DNA of 64,000 nt from a virus (IMGVR_UViG_3300037312_000757); one strand, 5' to 3'; shown: positions 47,601-58,306, counted from the stretch's first letter. Notes: generated by a model not told the origin, from the sequence alone. Numbers and translations are program-made.

Positions 47601-50600
47601 ACGTTTCATTCCTGTTGACATTAACGGTAACCTTCTGGACCCATTCGCAGCTGGTATCGTGATCGATACAGGTGACGTTACATCATACGCAGGCGACTGG
47701 GTATTCGGTGACTGCGGTCCAGTTGAAAACTCATGGTGGAACAGCGAATACATCAGCTTTGCTTTGTCAGAATTGAGCTATCTCCTGAAGCCTGTTAGCT
47801 TCGTCGAATCAGGTTGGGAAACACTCGACAATGAGCTCACATATCCAGGCCAAGCTAACCAGTGGGTAAGCAAGACTCTTGGTCGCCGCAAGCACTTTAG
47901 CGACTATGTGGTTCATAACGAAGTAGTCAACAAGAAGACAGTTCAAGTAATCGGTCTGCAACAGTGGATTTCAGACTACGTCAAGTCAAACGGTCAAGAC
48001 ATCACCACAACATTTGGTGATCACGTTCGTGGTCTCAATGTCAAGCTGGCACACAAGGTGGGTGCATTCACTGACTCAAAGACCATGCAGGCTTCAACAG
48101 AAAGCCAAGGTGTTCTACCAAGCGAAAACGTTACTGTCGAACTGTACAACTCACCAAGCACTCGTGAAGAGTTCTATGGTGGTGTCATCGTTAAGTGGAC
48201 AGGCAACGGATGGGCAGTTATTGGTTATGACGTTCTGAACCCAGTGTTCAATATCATTACACCAAATACAAGCGGCCCAAAGGTCACAATCTCACTGGGT
48301 GAAATTGCAACACGTGCATACCCATGGGCACCAAACACCTTCTATCAAACAGGTGTTCAAGTTACATGGCAAAATGCAACATATGAATGCTTGAAGTCAC
48401 ACACTTCAGTGGCAACATTCGAGCAAGAATACTGGGAGCTGGTTTCCAGCTCAGCTGGTACTTCACCATACCTGCAATTCTACACCAAAGCAGTTCCAGC
48501 AAATACGGTCACAACCGTTCCATACGGCACAGTATTTCACACAATGCAGGAAGTTGCTAACTTCCTGGCTGGTTATGAACTATATCTGAAGAGTCGTGGT
48601 TGGGTGTTCGATGGTTTTGATAGCTCAATTAACGAAGCAAAGGACTTCCGTATTGCTGTCCGCCAATTCCTGAACTGGGCACAAGTTACATGGGCACCAG
48701 GCACATTCATCACACTCAGCCCAATTGCTGATGGTGTGAAGTTTGTCACCAACCATGGCGCAATCCAATCAGTTGAACAAATGGTCAACGGCGTTTACTC
48801 AATCCTAGATCGCGGCGGCGCATACGTTGATATCAAGAACACAGTCGTGAACCGCGTCAACGGTCAAATCGTCGTGTCAACAAAGGATGGCTCTGGTATC
48901 TACGGTCTGCGTATCAGCGTAACCGAGATTGAGCACTGCATTCTGTTCGATAACACAACGATCTTCAACGACGTTATCTACGAACCATTGTTCAACTTGC
49001 GTCAAAACCGCATTCGCATGAACTTCAACCTCAGTACAAACTGGAATGGTACATTGAATGCACCAGGCTTTGTGTTGACTGATAATCTGATGGTTCCAAG
49101 CTTCGACCGTTCAGTGGAAGACGTTCGCAACATGTTCGGTATTGAGCAACCTGTTTATTCAGTGATGCGCGATTACGCACGTCACCAAATTGGTTACCAG
49201 TCACGTAACTACTTGGCAGACATCTTCACAAACGAACTTAACCAGTTCGAATTCTATCAGGGTATGATTCAGCAAAAGGGTTCAGCAGGTGCGCTGGACA
49301 AATTGCTGCGTAATACAACACTGACGCAGACTACCAACCTGGAGTTCTTGGAAGAATGGGCGTTCCTGAACGGTAACTACGGGGGCGTGGGTCAAGAGAA
49401 AGTTGTTGAATTCGAGATCTCAAGTGAAAACGTTAAGCAAGAGCCACAACAGATCAATTTCAAGAATGCTGACGAAGGTCTAACTGCTGAACAATTGACT
49501 GCTCTGCAAGACGCGGATTCACTGACACTAGATCTGTACTCAAACAGCACAGCATATGATACACGCTGGATCTATCCACCAACATCAAATGCGGTATTCC
49601 CAGAACTGCTGGACTTCACTCGTCACAAGGGTGATCTCCCAACAGCTGGTTATGTTCGTACAGATGAAGTCACTGTCGCGACTGTTGATCTGTCAACACT
49701 GAATACAAAGGTGCAAGCCGGCACTGTTAACCTATCAATCGGCTCACGCGTTTGGATCTACGACAACGGCAAGTCAACATTTGACGTGCTGCGTGCTGAT
49801 ACAGCTATCACGGGTTCCGATTCAAATGGTAATTCACTGAACGGTCTGGTGACCGCTAACTATGTGGCGGAAATCAACGGTAACATCATTACCCTGATGT
49901 ACCCAACGACTATCATGGCTGGCGAGTTTATGTACATCAGCTCACCATCAAACACCAGCCCAGATATCGGTGGCGTGTACACAGTCGAGTCAGTATCTTC
50001 AGATCGTTTGACTGTTACTCTGGTAGAGACCATCACAGTAAACAACACCTTCGACAGCCCAGGCACATTTGCTAATTCAGTCGTGGCAGAGCCTAACGCT
50101 GACGCGCCATCAATCCTGCGTCTGTACTCTGTTCGCTTCAACGAGAGCAATGGCGGCTCTATGGCAAGCTCTATGGCACTGTCCACACTTGCCGCTAACT
50201 TTAGTTCAGCTGTAAAGGTACCAACTGGTGGTTTCACAACTGGTGAATGCATTTACCTGGACTGCGGTTACGAGTTTGCTAACCAAGACACCTATGCGAT
50301 GTACCAAAAGCGTTGGGCTGTATTCAAGTGGAACGGCACAGCGTTCGTACCATACCGTTCACAAGCTCCACGCATTGATCGCACTCTGATCAACTCAGTT
50401 AAGTTGTATGACACAACAACTGCGCTGTCATCAGATAGCAACCAAATGCAAGCAAACCCATTGCTGTACCCAGATGTACTTCCGTTCGATCCAGTTCAGG
50501 GTCTCATCCCTGGTGCTGCGAAGCGTGAAGTATTCTACATGCAAGAATTCGACCCAGCACGTTACAACCAGGGTTCAAACTTGTCACTGGGTCTTGAGTG

Positions 50601-53600
50601 GGACGCTGCACAAGTTGGTCGTATTTGGTGGAACCTGAATACATCACGTTTCTTGCTGGCTGAAACTAATGATCTTACAAGTCTGGGTGATGCTGACAAG
50701 GCAGCGGAAATCGCATACCGCGTAAAGAACTGGGGCGCCCTTGCGCCAGACAGCGAAGTCGATTTCTACGAGTGGACCGAGAGCGATGTCAATCCAACTG
50801 ACTGGATGACAAACTTCAATGCTGGCACAACACCAGCAACATACGATGGACCAGTGTTCAACTCATCCAATCCATCATGGGTTGAAAAGCAAGTGTACAA
50901 CACTTCAACTGGCGAGTACGACACAAAGTTCTATTTCTGGGTCAAGAACCGTCAAACAACACCTGACGTTGGCTTCCGCAACATCAGCGCATCAGCCGCT
51001 GCTGATCTAATTGCTGATCCAGCGAATAACGGTATTGCATGGATGGCCCCAGTGTCAAGCGATACTGTGATTGCTGCTGCAATCAGCCAGTACCTGACAC
51101 CAACCAGCTCAATGCAAATGCGTGTTCGCAAGAATGATGCTAAGGTTGGTAAGCATTCAGAATGGACATTGCTGCGTCCAGGTGATGCACTGAGCTTGCC
51201 ATCAACAGGCTTGTTCACTAACATGGTGTTCTCACTGGCTGGTATCAACGCACAAAACGATCCAATTCCAAATCCAAACCTGTACGTGACAACACGCACT
51301 GGTAACGATCTGCGTATTGGCCAAAGCTGGTTCGCTAACCTGCAAGGTGCTCGCAAGCACTTGGTAGAGTATTTGAACAACGTGTTCGCAAATCTGCTCC
51401 TGGCTGACGAACGTCCATACGCTTTGACAGCAATGCAGAAGGTGCAAAGCGATGCGCAATACCTACAGTGGACTCAAACTGAAGGTTCAGCATATCTCGA
51501 ACCAATTCCAAATGCTGCATTGTGGAAGAAGCAGTTCGCATCATTGCAAGAATTCACTAAGGCATACACAAATGATGCCACAGTGAGCCCAGGCTTGATC
51601 ATGAACTTCAGTGGCACAACACCATACTGGTCAGTTATGACGGCCGATCAGTCAGGTAATGTCAACTTCGCAACTCTATGGGACCAGCAGGTTTCATCAC
51701 TCACAGAACTGCAAGCACTGGCTGGTAAATTGGCTGATGGTACAAAGGTACTCGTTACAGCAAACTCAGCAACTGCAAACATGTGGACACTATGGTCCTG
51801 GAATGCCACAACTGCTAAGTTCGATCTGATAACAACTCAGCGTTACAACACGAGCGATATCTTCACGGTTGTTGACTGGTACGCTAAGGGATACGATGAA
51901 ACAATGGTACCAAGCGCAGTGTTTGCAACGCAAGCTGCCCGTCAGGTTGCACTTGGTGCTGAACCAACAATCCAGTACACCAAGATTCTTGATGACGGTC
52001 AAGGTCGCTGGATGTGGCAGACATGGTCAAATGGTGTCTGGACTACTGTTGCCAAGGAAAACGGTACAGTTCAGTTCAACGACAACGTATGGAAGAACAC
52101 AGGTAACAGTTTTGACGTGACCGGTTCACTCCCAAGCAACTTTGCAACTCTGGTTGCAAACCGTGACATGGGTTATGAACTGAACGCGATGTTGAACATT
52201 CTGCGTGACAACGTTTTGGTCGCATCAGAAGAAAATGATCTGTTCTTCAGCATGATCAAATATCTGCATACGGAACAGGACTTCGTTGACTGGTGCTTCA
52301 AGACATCGTTTATGTACATCCAGGGTTTCAATGCAAACCTGATTGCAAGCCCAATCGCAAGTATCGATTACACAAGCGACTTGTTGGCATATATCGACGA
52401 AGTTAAGCCTTACCACGTTAAGATCCGTAACTTCATCAGCAAGTACGGCGTGAACGATACAGCGAATGTCCATGCTACTGACTTCGACAAGCCAGTGTAT
52501 TATGATTCAGCTAAGGGCGTTTACCGTGTCTTGGATGCAACAAATACGGCAGACTTGGCTATTCTGTCAACAAACCCAACCTACAAGGATTGGTACAACA
52601 ACTGGAAGAATGGCAACAACCAAGTACGTAAAATCAAGGCAACACTAACATTTGATCGTGTGTCAATTGATAGCACTGATACAAATGGTGGTGCGATTAA
52701 CCGCCTGTCACAATACTGGAATGGTAACGCAACAACCCAGAACGGGTTGAAGGGCATCATGAAGGGTGTCGTGTTCAATGGTCCAGTAATTTCAGGTGGT
52801 AATCTTGCCGCTCCAACACTGGATCCAACAACACTGACATACAAGGATAGCAACGGTAAACTGTTGGCCACAAATGCTCCAAGTTATGTTTACTTCGCAC
52901 AGAAGTTCAACACAACTGACCATCTGCTTCCACGTCCTTGGGACGTTGCTGATGATCATCAGCAAAACTATGTTTGGGATGACATCACATTCGAAAACTG
53001 GGATGCAATGGATGAGCGTGTGTGGTCCAAGCTTGTTCAATCTGGCTTGACTGGTCAAATATACAATGCGTATGAATTCGAGTTCACACTCGAAGACATG
53101 GATGTGAACAACGGCCACCGTATCGAAGTTTACCGCAATGGCACACGTTTGTCTCTGATTAATGGTGATTACATTGTCCTGGCTGATGACACTCTGGCTA
53201 ATAGCTGGAAGATCTACTTCAAGATGTCAGATCTCACAGACTCAGACACCGTGATTATCATGGTTGTTCAAGGTGACACATATGACGAGATAATCAATGG
53301 TGGTACATTTGCAGCAACAACATATGATGAGATCATTAGTGGCAGCATCTTCCATGATCCAACACACCAAGCAAATCACCCAGAAGAGCTTGTGCAAGTG
53401 CTGGTAACGGCAGGCGTTCGCATCAAGATCTCACAGCGTTGGACAGAAGGCAGTGCCTCAATCACAGCATTCGAGTCACCACTTGATATGCACTTGCCAG
53501 TGGCTCCACAGTCCAAGCAAGCAATTGCGTTGTATGACAACGGGGTCCGTGTTGCACAAAGCGATTATGCTTACGATGCACGTAACACCGCAGTGACATA

Positions 53601-55410
53601 TTCGGGTAGCAACAATCCAACATTCCTGGACAGCGTTCTGTTCGGTTTTGGTGGTGTAAATCAAATCGTTGAAGCCGATTACTTCGACGGTGACGGTTCT
53701 ACAAAGGCGTTCACTCTGAAATCAGCTGTGACTTACGCAAGCGATCTGTTTGTGACAATCGACGGTGTGATGACATCAGCATTTACCGCGTCAGGCACTA
53801 CATTGACATTCACAACAGCACCAGCGGCTGGTACATTCGTGAAGGCAGTAGTTATGCCATCCATCTCATCCGGCGTGTCTGGTTTCAACGTTGTGAACGT
53901 CAAGGAAATCGACCTGGCAGCTCTGGGTGGTCCGTTGACCTTCACGGCGGCATTTGGTCTCACAAATCCACCAAGCGTTACTCAGTCAATCATTGAAGTA
54001 GATGGATTGCGTGTGTTGTCGGCTGGTGTGTACGAAGCATTCATCACACCAGACAACAACACACTGGAGATGGAGGACGTTGAGTACGCGAACTTGTCAG
54101 CGACATTCAACGGCTCACCAATCACAATTGGTACAGACGTTGTCAAGTCATTGACAATCCCAGCAGCTACACGCTCAGTTTCACTTGGTGCAAACTGGGC
54201 AGCCAGCGACATGGTTGTGAAGATCAATGGTGTTGAGCAAGTAATCGGTTCAATCACAGGCACAGCACCAGGCTACAAGCTGTCAAATCTGAATCCAGCA
54301 GCCCCAGAACTGAACACTCAGATCCTGGTTGACTGGGATGAGGATAACTGGGATAACGTTTCATTGTGGGATGATCCAACTCTGTACAACAAGTACACAA
54401 TCACACCAGCAAATGCGACATTCGTTGCATACCATGGCTACTTGATGAACTTGAACCCACAGGGTGCAGATATCACAGTCACAGTTTCCTTTGGTAATAC
54501 GTTACCAAATGATCTGACTGACTACACTTGGACTCCTGCGAATGCACAAGCAATCATGATGGGTAACGAAATCATGATGCTTGGTGATGTAAGTGGTGAT
54601 TTGGTAGTGTACGATGCAGCGCAAGCTGACTTCAACTTTACAGATCCAATTGCACAGCAGTTCCCAGGTGCAAAACGCTTGACACTTACAACGTTCACCA
54701 ACCCTGAAGTTATGGGAATCCACACAGTTAGCTATGATCACATCAGTGATAACTGGTTCCCAATTCCTGGTACATACCCAACCCCAGGTAGCATCTGGGT
54801 TACATTGAACGGCCGTAAGTTGCGTGAAGGTGCCGAATTCTACGTCACACCAGCTGACAATGGCTTCGATATCCCACAATGGGATTTCGACGCTCGTGAC
54901 GAGATGTCAGAGTTTGGTCCACACAGCTTTGCAGTTCGTATGAATGAGGAAAATGGCATTTATGCAAATCCTGGTGATCACGTGATCATCACAACGTTCA
55001 CAGGCACACAGGCTGAGGCTCCATACGACCAGATCATGTACTTGGATCCACTCCGCGAATACGGTATCAAGGACATCAACAAGGTCACAACTGGCTCAGA
55101 CTACTATGCCCTGGCTGATAATGTGGATATCACAACTACAGACATTGTGTTGAAGCGTGTTGCAACTGACGGTATGCCAAATATCGACTGGTTCAACGGC
55201 AATCGTGATACAGCTCATCCTGGGGTGATGATGATCGACAAGGAAATTGTTCGATTCGTTCAGGCCACGGTGGATGAAAACGCCAACACAATTACATTGG
55301 TTGGCGTAGAACGTGGTTACCGTGGTTCCTCAATTCTGCCACACAATGCAGGTGGCGAAGTGATCGACCTAACGGCAGATCCGTATGTCAAGCCATTAGC
55401 ACCGATCTAA
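44650..55410 (+). CDS. Giant baseplate wedge / virion structural protein (gp7-like position), 3586 aa
   Basis: Coupled to gp6; FYQGMIQQKG, EEWA, YIDEVKPYHVKIR; repeated GDG-x-T/K-x-x-F-T modules. Confidence 0.75.
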   Translation: MAQRQFIKQLPVVQQTTTLQKFFNATVDQVFQPGQLQNVNAFIGRKPSYYNANTDFYKPEYDAERAFYQLEPTMVSADTSGVTQDLLFYMDVVNNLRYQGALVNNHERLFETDYYTWCPPINLDMLENYRNYYWLPDGPPIMTFDIPVNTYTGDGTKTVFTAPDSLPDSIVNVKVKVQGDYVTDFTYANGEVTFDTAPTAGQTIQIWTNGGFVANINGQTSYTYPGTVTAYAVEQKSVSETLQQDVPWDSEAWSTNDMITWEVQNYLDTQSIKYSYPTITLDPAPALVRGMLVEIKDDTWEHAWDVAAWDEDLWETNTALEVDVQKQNDEMVIEMIDQDPNLVRREDPQYWTIERRSVSENQWSLNNRWYHRDIIFYSGNEYSPAKAKRPILEFFNSIKLFNYGVNHLDDVDAIYDGVTFDVSTLTAGTRILVVNSTTTNVSDGTYFVGLNTSNVKTLIADASAIQYDIVKATNGVEYWFNGTKWIKAQAYGNQPPLFDLFDGNSTSVVDQSVYPASTFAGSAIFAYSQDTTGTTPTDSVLGIAPVFNTYGSFEFDNKLATDASDVPGLKYYAFTTSTSGVVNFDYESSWHYAGKTSQPIDSATGFYEIPQNLQANPNNDGITTISRNDWFPQFQQIMPENNWLWDSKYYNLNAGTNIVQNRGNLLKTMLMSSNKNIDVMKSMLYVEREYSRYRAKLSQYLTTMYNSGQITTTAAALTTALNYLKVTKTSTFSFFNNGMGGDNYYIPASGAYLGLTPLWKPELIIQNSSAGGCAVMLRGHDGSLLPGFSKYTTQNVTLTAQGIMVDGVEEELDLRDTILFAYEQMLYAACDSSLKAQRRPVFDIKTVQPGKFRTTDYSLTEFNTVATPIFERWVARGQKDYTTNKTYDPNNVWTWNLSQAKDADGQAIPGYWRGLYDYYFDTDRPDTHPWEMLGFTSKPTWWDIHYSWTDATKRAALIAAIVAGNVAEPPSTSIDPLFARAGFERFIPVDINGNLLDPFAAGIVIDTGDVTSYAGDWVFGDCGPVENSWWNSEYISFALSELSYLLKPVSFVESGWETLDNELTYPGQANQWVSKTLGRRKHFSDYVVHNEVVNKKTVQVIGLQQWISDYVKSNGQDITTTFGDHVRGLNVKLAHKVGAFTDSKTMQASTESQGVLPSENVTVELYNSPSTREEFYGGVIVKWTGNGWAVIGYDVLNPVFNIITPNTSGPKVTISLGEIATRAYPWAPNTFYQTGVQVTWQNATYECLKSHTSVATFEQEYWELVSSSAGTSPYLQFYTKAVPANTVTTVPYGTVFHTMQEVANFLAGYELYLKSRGWVFDGFDSSINEAKDFRIAVRQFLNWAQVTWAPGTFITLSPIADGVKFVTNHGAIQSVEQMVNGVYSILDRGGAYVDIKNTVVNRVNGQIVVSTKDGSGIYGLRISVTEIEHCILFDNTTIFNDVIYEPLFNLRQNRIRMNFNLSTNWNGTLNAPGFVLTDNLMVPSFDRSVEDVRNMFGIEQPVYSVMRDYARHQIGYQSRNYLADIFTNELNQFEFYQGMIQQKGSAGALDKLLRNTTLTQTTNLEFLEEWAFLNGNYGGVGQEKVVEFEISSENVKQEPQQINFKNADEGLTAEQLTALQDADSLTLDLYSNSTAYDTRWIYPPTSNAVFPELLDFTRHKGDLPTAGYVRTDEVTVATVDLSTLNTKVQAGTVNLSIGSRVWIYDNGKSTFDVLRADTAITGSDSNGNSLNGLVTANYVAEINGNIITLMYPTTIMAGEFMYISSPSNTSPDIGGVYTVESVSSDRLTVTLVETITVNNTFDSPGTFANSVVAEPNADAPSILRLYSVRFNESNGGSMASSMALSTLAANFSSAVKVPTGGFTTGECIYLDCGYEFANQDTYAMYQKRWAVFKWNGTAFVPYRSQAPRIDRTLINSVKLYDTTTALSSDSNQMQANPLLYPDVLPFDPVQGLIPGAAKREVFYMQEFDPARYNQGSNLSLGLEWDAAQVGRIWWNLNTSRFLLAETNDLTSLGDADKAAEIAYRVKNWGALAPDSEVDFYEWTESDVNPTDWMTNFNAGTTPATYDGPVFNSSNPSWVEKQVYNTSTGEYDTKFYFWVKNRQTTPDVGFRNISASAAADLIADPANNGIAWMAPVSSDTVIAAAISQYLTPTSSMQMRVRKNDAKVGKHSEWTLLRPGDALSLPSTGLFTNMVFSLAGINAQNDPIPNPNLYVTTRTGNDLRIGQSWFANLQGARKHLVEYLNNVFANLLLADERPYALTAMQKVQSDAQYLQWTQTEGSAYLEPIPNAALWKKQFASLQEFTKAYTNDATVSPGLIMNFSGTTPYWSVMTADQSGNVNFATLWDQQVSSLTELQALAGKLADGTKVLVTANSATANMWTLWSWNATTAKFDLITTQRYNTSDIFTVVDWYAKGYDETMVPSAVFATQAARQVALGAEPTIQYTKILDDGQGRWMWQTWSNGVWTTVAKENGTVQFNDNVWKNTGNSFDVTGSLPSNFATLVANRDMGYELNAMLNILRDNVLVASEENDLFFSMIKYLHTEQDFVDWCFKTSFMYIQGFNANLIASPIASIDYTSDLLAYIDEVKPYHVKIRNFISKYGVNDTANVHATDFDKPVYYDSAKGVYRVLDATNTADLAILSTNPTYKDWYNNWKNGNNQVRKIKATLTFDRVSIDSTDTNGGAINRLSQYWNGNATTQNGLKGIMKGVVFNGPVISGGNLAAPTLDPTTLTYKDSNGKLLATNAPSYVYFAQKFNTTDHLLPRPWDVADDHQQNYVWDDITFENWDAMDERVWSKLVQSGLTGQIYNAYEFEFTLEDMDVNNGHRIEVYRNGTRLSLINGDYIVLADDTLANSWKIYFKMSDLTDSDTVIIMVVQGDTYDEIINGGTFAATTYDEIISGSIFHDPTHQANHPEELVQVLVTAGVRIKISQRWTEGSASITAFESPLDMHLPVAPQSKQAIALYDNGVRVAQSDYAYDARNTAVTYSGSNNPTFLDSVLFGFGGVNQIVEADYFDGDGSTKAFTLKSAVTYASDLFVTIDGVMTSAFTASGTTLTFTTAPAAGTFVKAVVMPSISSGVSGFNVVNVKEIDLAALGGPLTFTAAFGLTNPPSVTQSIIEVDGLRVLSAGVYEAFITPDNNTLEMEDVEYANLSATFNGSPITIGTDVVKSLTIPAATRSVSLGANWAASDMVVKINGVEQVIGSITGTAPGYKLSNLNPAAPELNTQILVDWDEDNWDNVSLWDDPTLYNKYTITPANATFVAYHGYLMNLNPQGADITVTVSFGNTLPNDLTDYTWTPANAQAIMMGNEIMMLGDVSGDLVVYDAAQADFNFTDPIAQQFPGAKRLTLTTFTNPEVMGIHTVSYDHISDNWFPIPGTYPTPGSIWVTLNGRKLREGAEFYVTPADNGFDIPQWDFDARDEMSEFGPHSFAVRMNEENGIYANPGDHVIITTFTGTQAEAPYDQIMYLDPLREYGIKDINKVTTGSDYYALADNVDITTTDIVLKRVATDGMPNIDWFNGNRDTAHPGVMMIDKEIVRFVQATVDENANTITLVGVERGYRGSSILPHNAGGEVIDLTADPYVKPLAPI

Positions 55411-55422
55411 TGATGTTCTAGA

Positions 55423-55458
55423 GGTAGAAAAGGGGAGCTTTAGCTCCCCTTTTCTACC
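55423..55458 (+). terminator. Intrinsic terminator
   Basis: GGTAGAAAAGGGGAGCT/AGCTCCCCTTTTCTACC perfect inverted repeat. Confidence 0.85.
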
Positions 55459-55532
55459 ATCCGAATATTGATAATCCTACCAAGTTTCGTTCTAATGGCT
55501 AATTATATTGGCATTTAATTCGTCTCATAAAT

Positions 55533-55703
55533 ATGGATACAGATAAAGATAAACAGACAATTGAGTCAGTAGATCCTGCTGGCGTACAAGCCACCGACCA
55601 TTTACTGATTCGAGACGTGGATTCTGGCAAGGTACTGGTTAACATCAGGAATACAGCCAAGAATCTTCCCCTAGAGGATTCCGATTCAGATGAGCAAGCT
55701 TGA
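55533..55703 (+). CDS. 56-aa virion-module protein (absent from ORF track)
   Basis: MDTDKDK...HLLIRDVDSGKVLVNIRN..., similar to the N-terminus of the next gene. Confidence 0.6.
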   Translation: MDTDKDKQTIESVDPAGVQATDHLLIRDVDSGKVLVNIRNTAKNLPLEDSDSDEQA

Positions 55704-56295
55704 TCAAGCAAATGTAGAAACTTTCGGTCACGTACTGATCCGTGACATTACAGATCCAATGGATCCAGAAGTCCTCGTGGACAAACACAATGCAATCCAC
55801 TACGAAAACTTCAGTAACGCTATCGCTCTAGCTATGGCAGACTTTTCTACTGGCGTAATCGAGGAAATGCATTTTGGTAATGGCGGTTCGGTTACTTCAG
55901 CTACTGGCACCATTAGCTATTACACCCCGAATACAACCGGTTTGGATGCCGACCTGTACAACGATACGTATTTCAAGGTGGTAAACAACCGCAGTGCTAG
56001 ATTTACTGACGATGCGTCCAAGACAAACGTTACCACAAATCACATTACTGGTAATACCTACACGGATATCATCGTAACTTGCACATTGAATTATGGCGAA
56101 CCATCAGGTCAAGATGCGTTCGACAACGCTACACAAACCAACGCAACTTACACATTCGATGAACTTGGTTTGAAAACATACGATCCAAATACTGGCGTAA
56201 AACGCCTGTTGACTCATGTGATTTTCAACCCATTCCAGAAATCCCTGAACCGTATCATCGAAGTCATTTACACCGTGCGAATCGCAATGGTCTAA
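55690..56295 (+). CDS. Baseplate/tail structural protein
   Basis: HNAIHYEN, FGNGG, FDELGLK, LLTHVIFNPFQKSLNR; position in tail module. Confidence 0.65.
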   Translation: MSKLDQANVETFGHVLIRDITDPMDPEVLVDKHNAIHYENFSNAIALAMADFSTGVIEEMHFGNGGSVTSATGTISYYTPNTTGLDADLYNDTYFKVVNNRSARFTDDASKTNVTTNHITGNTYTDIIVTCTLNYGEPSGQDAFDNATQTNATYTFDELGLKTYDPNTGVKRLLTHVIFNPFQKSLNRIIEVIYTVRIAMV

Positions 56296-56348
56296 GAGTT
56301 AAAGTAGCTGTTAATAAATAGAACAATAATACGGATCCCGGAGTAATA

Positions 56349-57416
56349 ATGACAAACTACGTAGTCACTAATGACGTCAACGGCTCGTTCAACATTCCTG
56401 ACGGCTCAATCAATACGTCACTGACCTCATTGAGCTTGCTCGGGCGTGGCGCGTCTGGTTATGGCCAGGCTGTGGCACAAAACACAATTTCGCAACTTTG
56501 CAACTTTGCAAGTGCTGTTCATCCAGCAAACCCATTGAAGGGTCAAATCTGGTATGATTCAGGTAACAGTGTTATCAAATTCTACACCGGCTCATCAAAT
56601 TGGGCGCAAGTAGCTCAAGTAACTGACCTGGCAAACTATGCACCACTAGCTGCATTCCAGCAAGCCCAAAGTGACATTTCTGCCCTTGAGACAAACTCTG
56701 CCACCAAGAGCGACCTGAGCAACTACTTGACTGTTCAGCAGTATTACAACCCACCAGCAAACTCCCCACCACTCCCAATCTCAGGCGGTGGTACTGGTCT
56801 TACTGCAATTGGTACACCAGGCTATGTGCTGACTGTTAATCCATCAGGTAACGGTTACATCTTCTCAGACCCAACAACGTTCGTTCCTTCATCCGCAAAC
56901 TTCATGAAGGTAAACCAAACGAACTTGCCATCTGCTGACAACACATACAACCTTGGTAGCTCATCATATCGCTACACCAGTGTTTACGCTGTGACATTTA
57001 CTGGTAACGCAACATCAGCGAACTACGCTGACTTGGCAGAACGTTACGAAGCAGATTGCGAACTGGAAGCGGGCGATGTGGTTATGCTTGGTGGCGCCAA
57101 GGAAATTACAAAAGCATCAGGTGCCTTCAGCACAGAAGTGTTTGGCGTAATTTCAACAGCTCCAGCCTATATGATGAATGCTGAAGCAGGTTCAGACGAG
57201 ACTCATCCTTTCGTTGCATTGGCTGGTCGTGTTCCGGTCAAGGTAATTGGTAAGGTCAAGAAGGGTCAACGTTTGGTTTCTTCAAGCTTTGCTGGTATTG
57301 CACAAGCTGCTGACATCAATGATATTCCAAACAGCTTTGTCGTGATTGGTCGCGCATTGGCTGACAAGGAAACTGATGCTATTGGCATGGTAGAAATCAC
57401 CGTAGGGGCAAAATAA
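56349..57416 (+). CDS. Short tail fibre with C-terminal intramolecular-chaperone-like domain
   Basis: PLKGQIWYD, LPISGGGTG, YADLAERYEAD, VALAGRVPVKV; AATAAATA at 56313-56320. Confidence 0.7.
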   Translation: MTNYVVTNDVNGSFNIPDGSINTSLTSLSLLGRGASGYGQAVAQNTISQLCNFASAVHPANPLKGQIWYDSGNSVIKFYTGSSNWAQVAQVTDLANYAPLAAFQQAQSDISALETNSATKSDLSNYLTVQQYYNPPANSPPLPISGGGTGLTAIGTPGYVLTVNPSGNGYIFSDPTTFVPSSANFMKVNQTNLPSADNTYNLGSSSYRYTSVYAVTFTGNATSANYADLAERYEADCELEAGDVVMLGGAKEITKASGAFSTEVFGVISTAPAYMMNAEAGSDETHPFVALAGRVPVKVIGKVKKGQRLVSSSFAGIAQAADINDIPNSFVVIGRALADKETDAIGMVEITVGAK

Positions 57417-58306
57417 TGGCAGTTTCAAAAGGCAATCCAATCACCGCTGCATACTTCAATTCGTTGCAGACGACGCTTGGTAACGTCATGGGTGCCGGTT
57501 CCGGAAACTCAGGTTGGGGCCAAACTGTCTCTAGCGCACAGCTTTCTGTTGGTACACAAATTAAGGCCTCTCATTGGAGCTCCCTTTACACTGATATCAA
57601 CAAAGCCTGGCAACAGATTTTCGGCGTTAGTGTACCAGCTGCTTCTTGCCCGGTCATCACTGCTGGTACCGTGATCAGGGCATCTGATATTTCGCTGTAT
57701 GAAAGCGCAATCACAAACGTCAATACAAACCGTTTGACAATCGCTGCCGGTAACTGGACAAGCTTTTCAGACCAATATCGTAACACACGTGCTTCAGCAT
57801 GGGGTGGTGGTGGCAATACTGGTATCACTTGCACATTCAACGTGACATGGTCATCAGAAGATGCGGCTCGCTATTTTTTCAACAGCGGTGGTTCTGTTGC
57901 ATTTGCGTTGGTTCACCCAAGCACAGCAACAACACAGGATTCAAACTGGAACACCATGTTGACTAACGTTGGTAGTTTGAGTCTAGGTGCTGCTGGTTCC
58001 TGGCGTACTGGTACTCTTGGAACACTGAATACCGCACTTGGCTATTACGGTTTGACAGGCACAGCAGCATCTTGGTTTACCGGTTCACATATTGGTACCG
58101 GTGCTTATGTGAACAACGACGCAACTATCACGATGGCGAAGATCACAAATGGTTTCCAAGTGCATATTACTCTGCAGGATGAACACACAAATAGCTTCTA
58201 TGATTCAGTTCAGGCTGGTACGTATGTTACCGTTGCTTATGGTAAAGCAACGGCTATTATGAGTGGTATTACATCGCCTGGTATTACGACGGTAACCAAC
58301 TTCTAA
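57416..58306 (+). CDS. Virion structural (fibre-associated) protein
   Basis: Coupled to fibre gene; G/S/T-rich; ARYFFNSGG. Confidence 0.6.
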   Translation: MAVSKGNPITAAYFNSLQTTLGNVMGAGSGNSGWGQTVSSAQLSVGTQIKASHWSSLYTDINKAWQQIFGVSVPAASCPVITAGTVIRASDISLYESAITNVNTNRLTIAAGNWTSFSDQYRNTRASAWGGGGNTGITCTFNVTWSSEDAARYFFNSGGSVAFALVHPSTATTQDSNWNTMLTNVGSLSLGAAGSWRTGTLGTLNTALGYYGLTGTAASWFTGSHIGTGAYVNNDATITMAKITNGFQVHITLQDEHTNSFYDSVQAGTYVTVAYGKATAIMSGITSPGITTVTNF

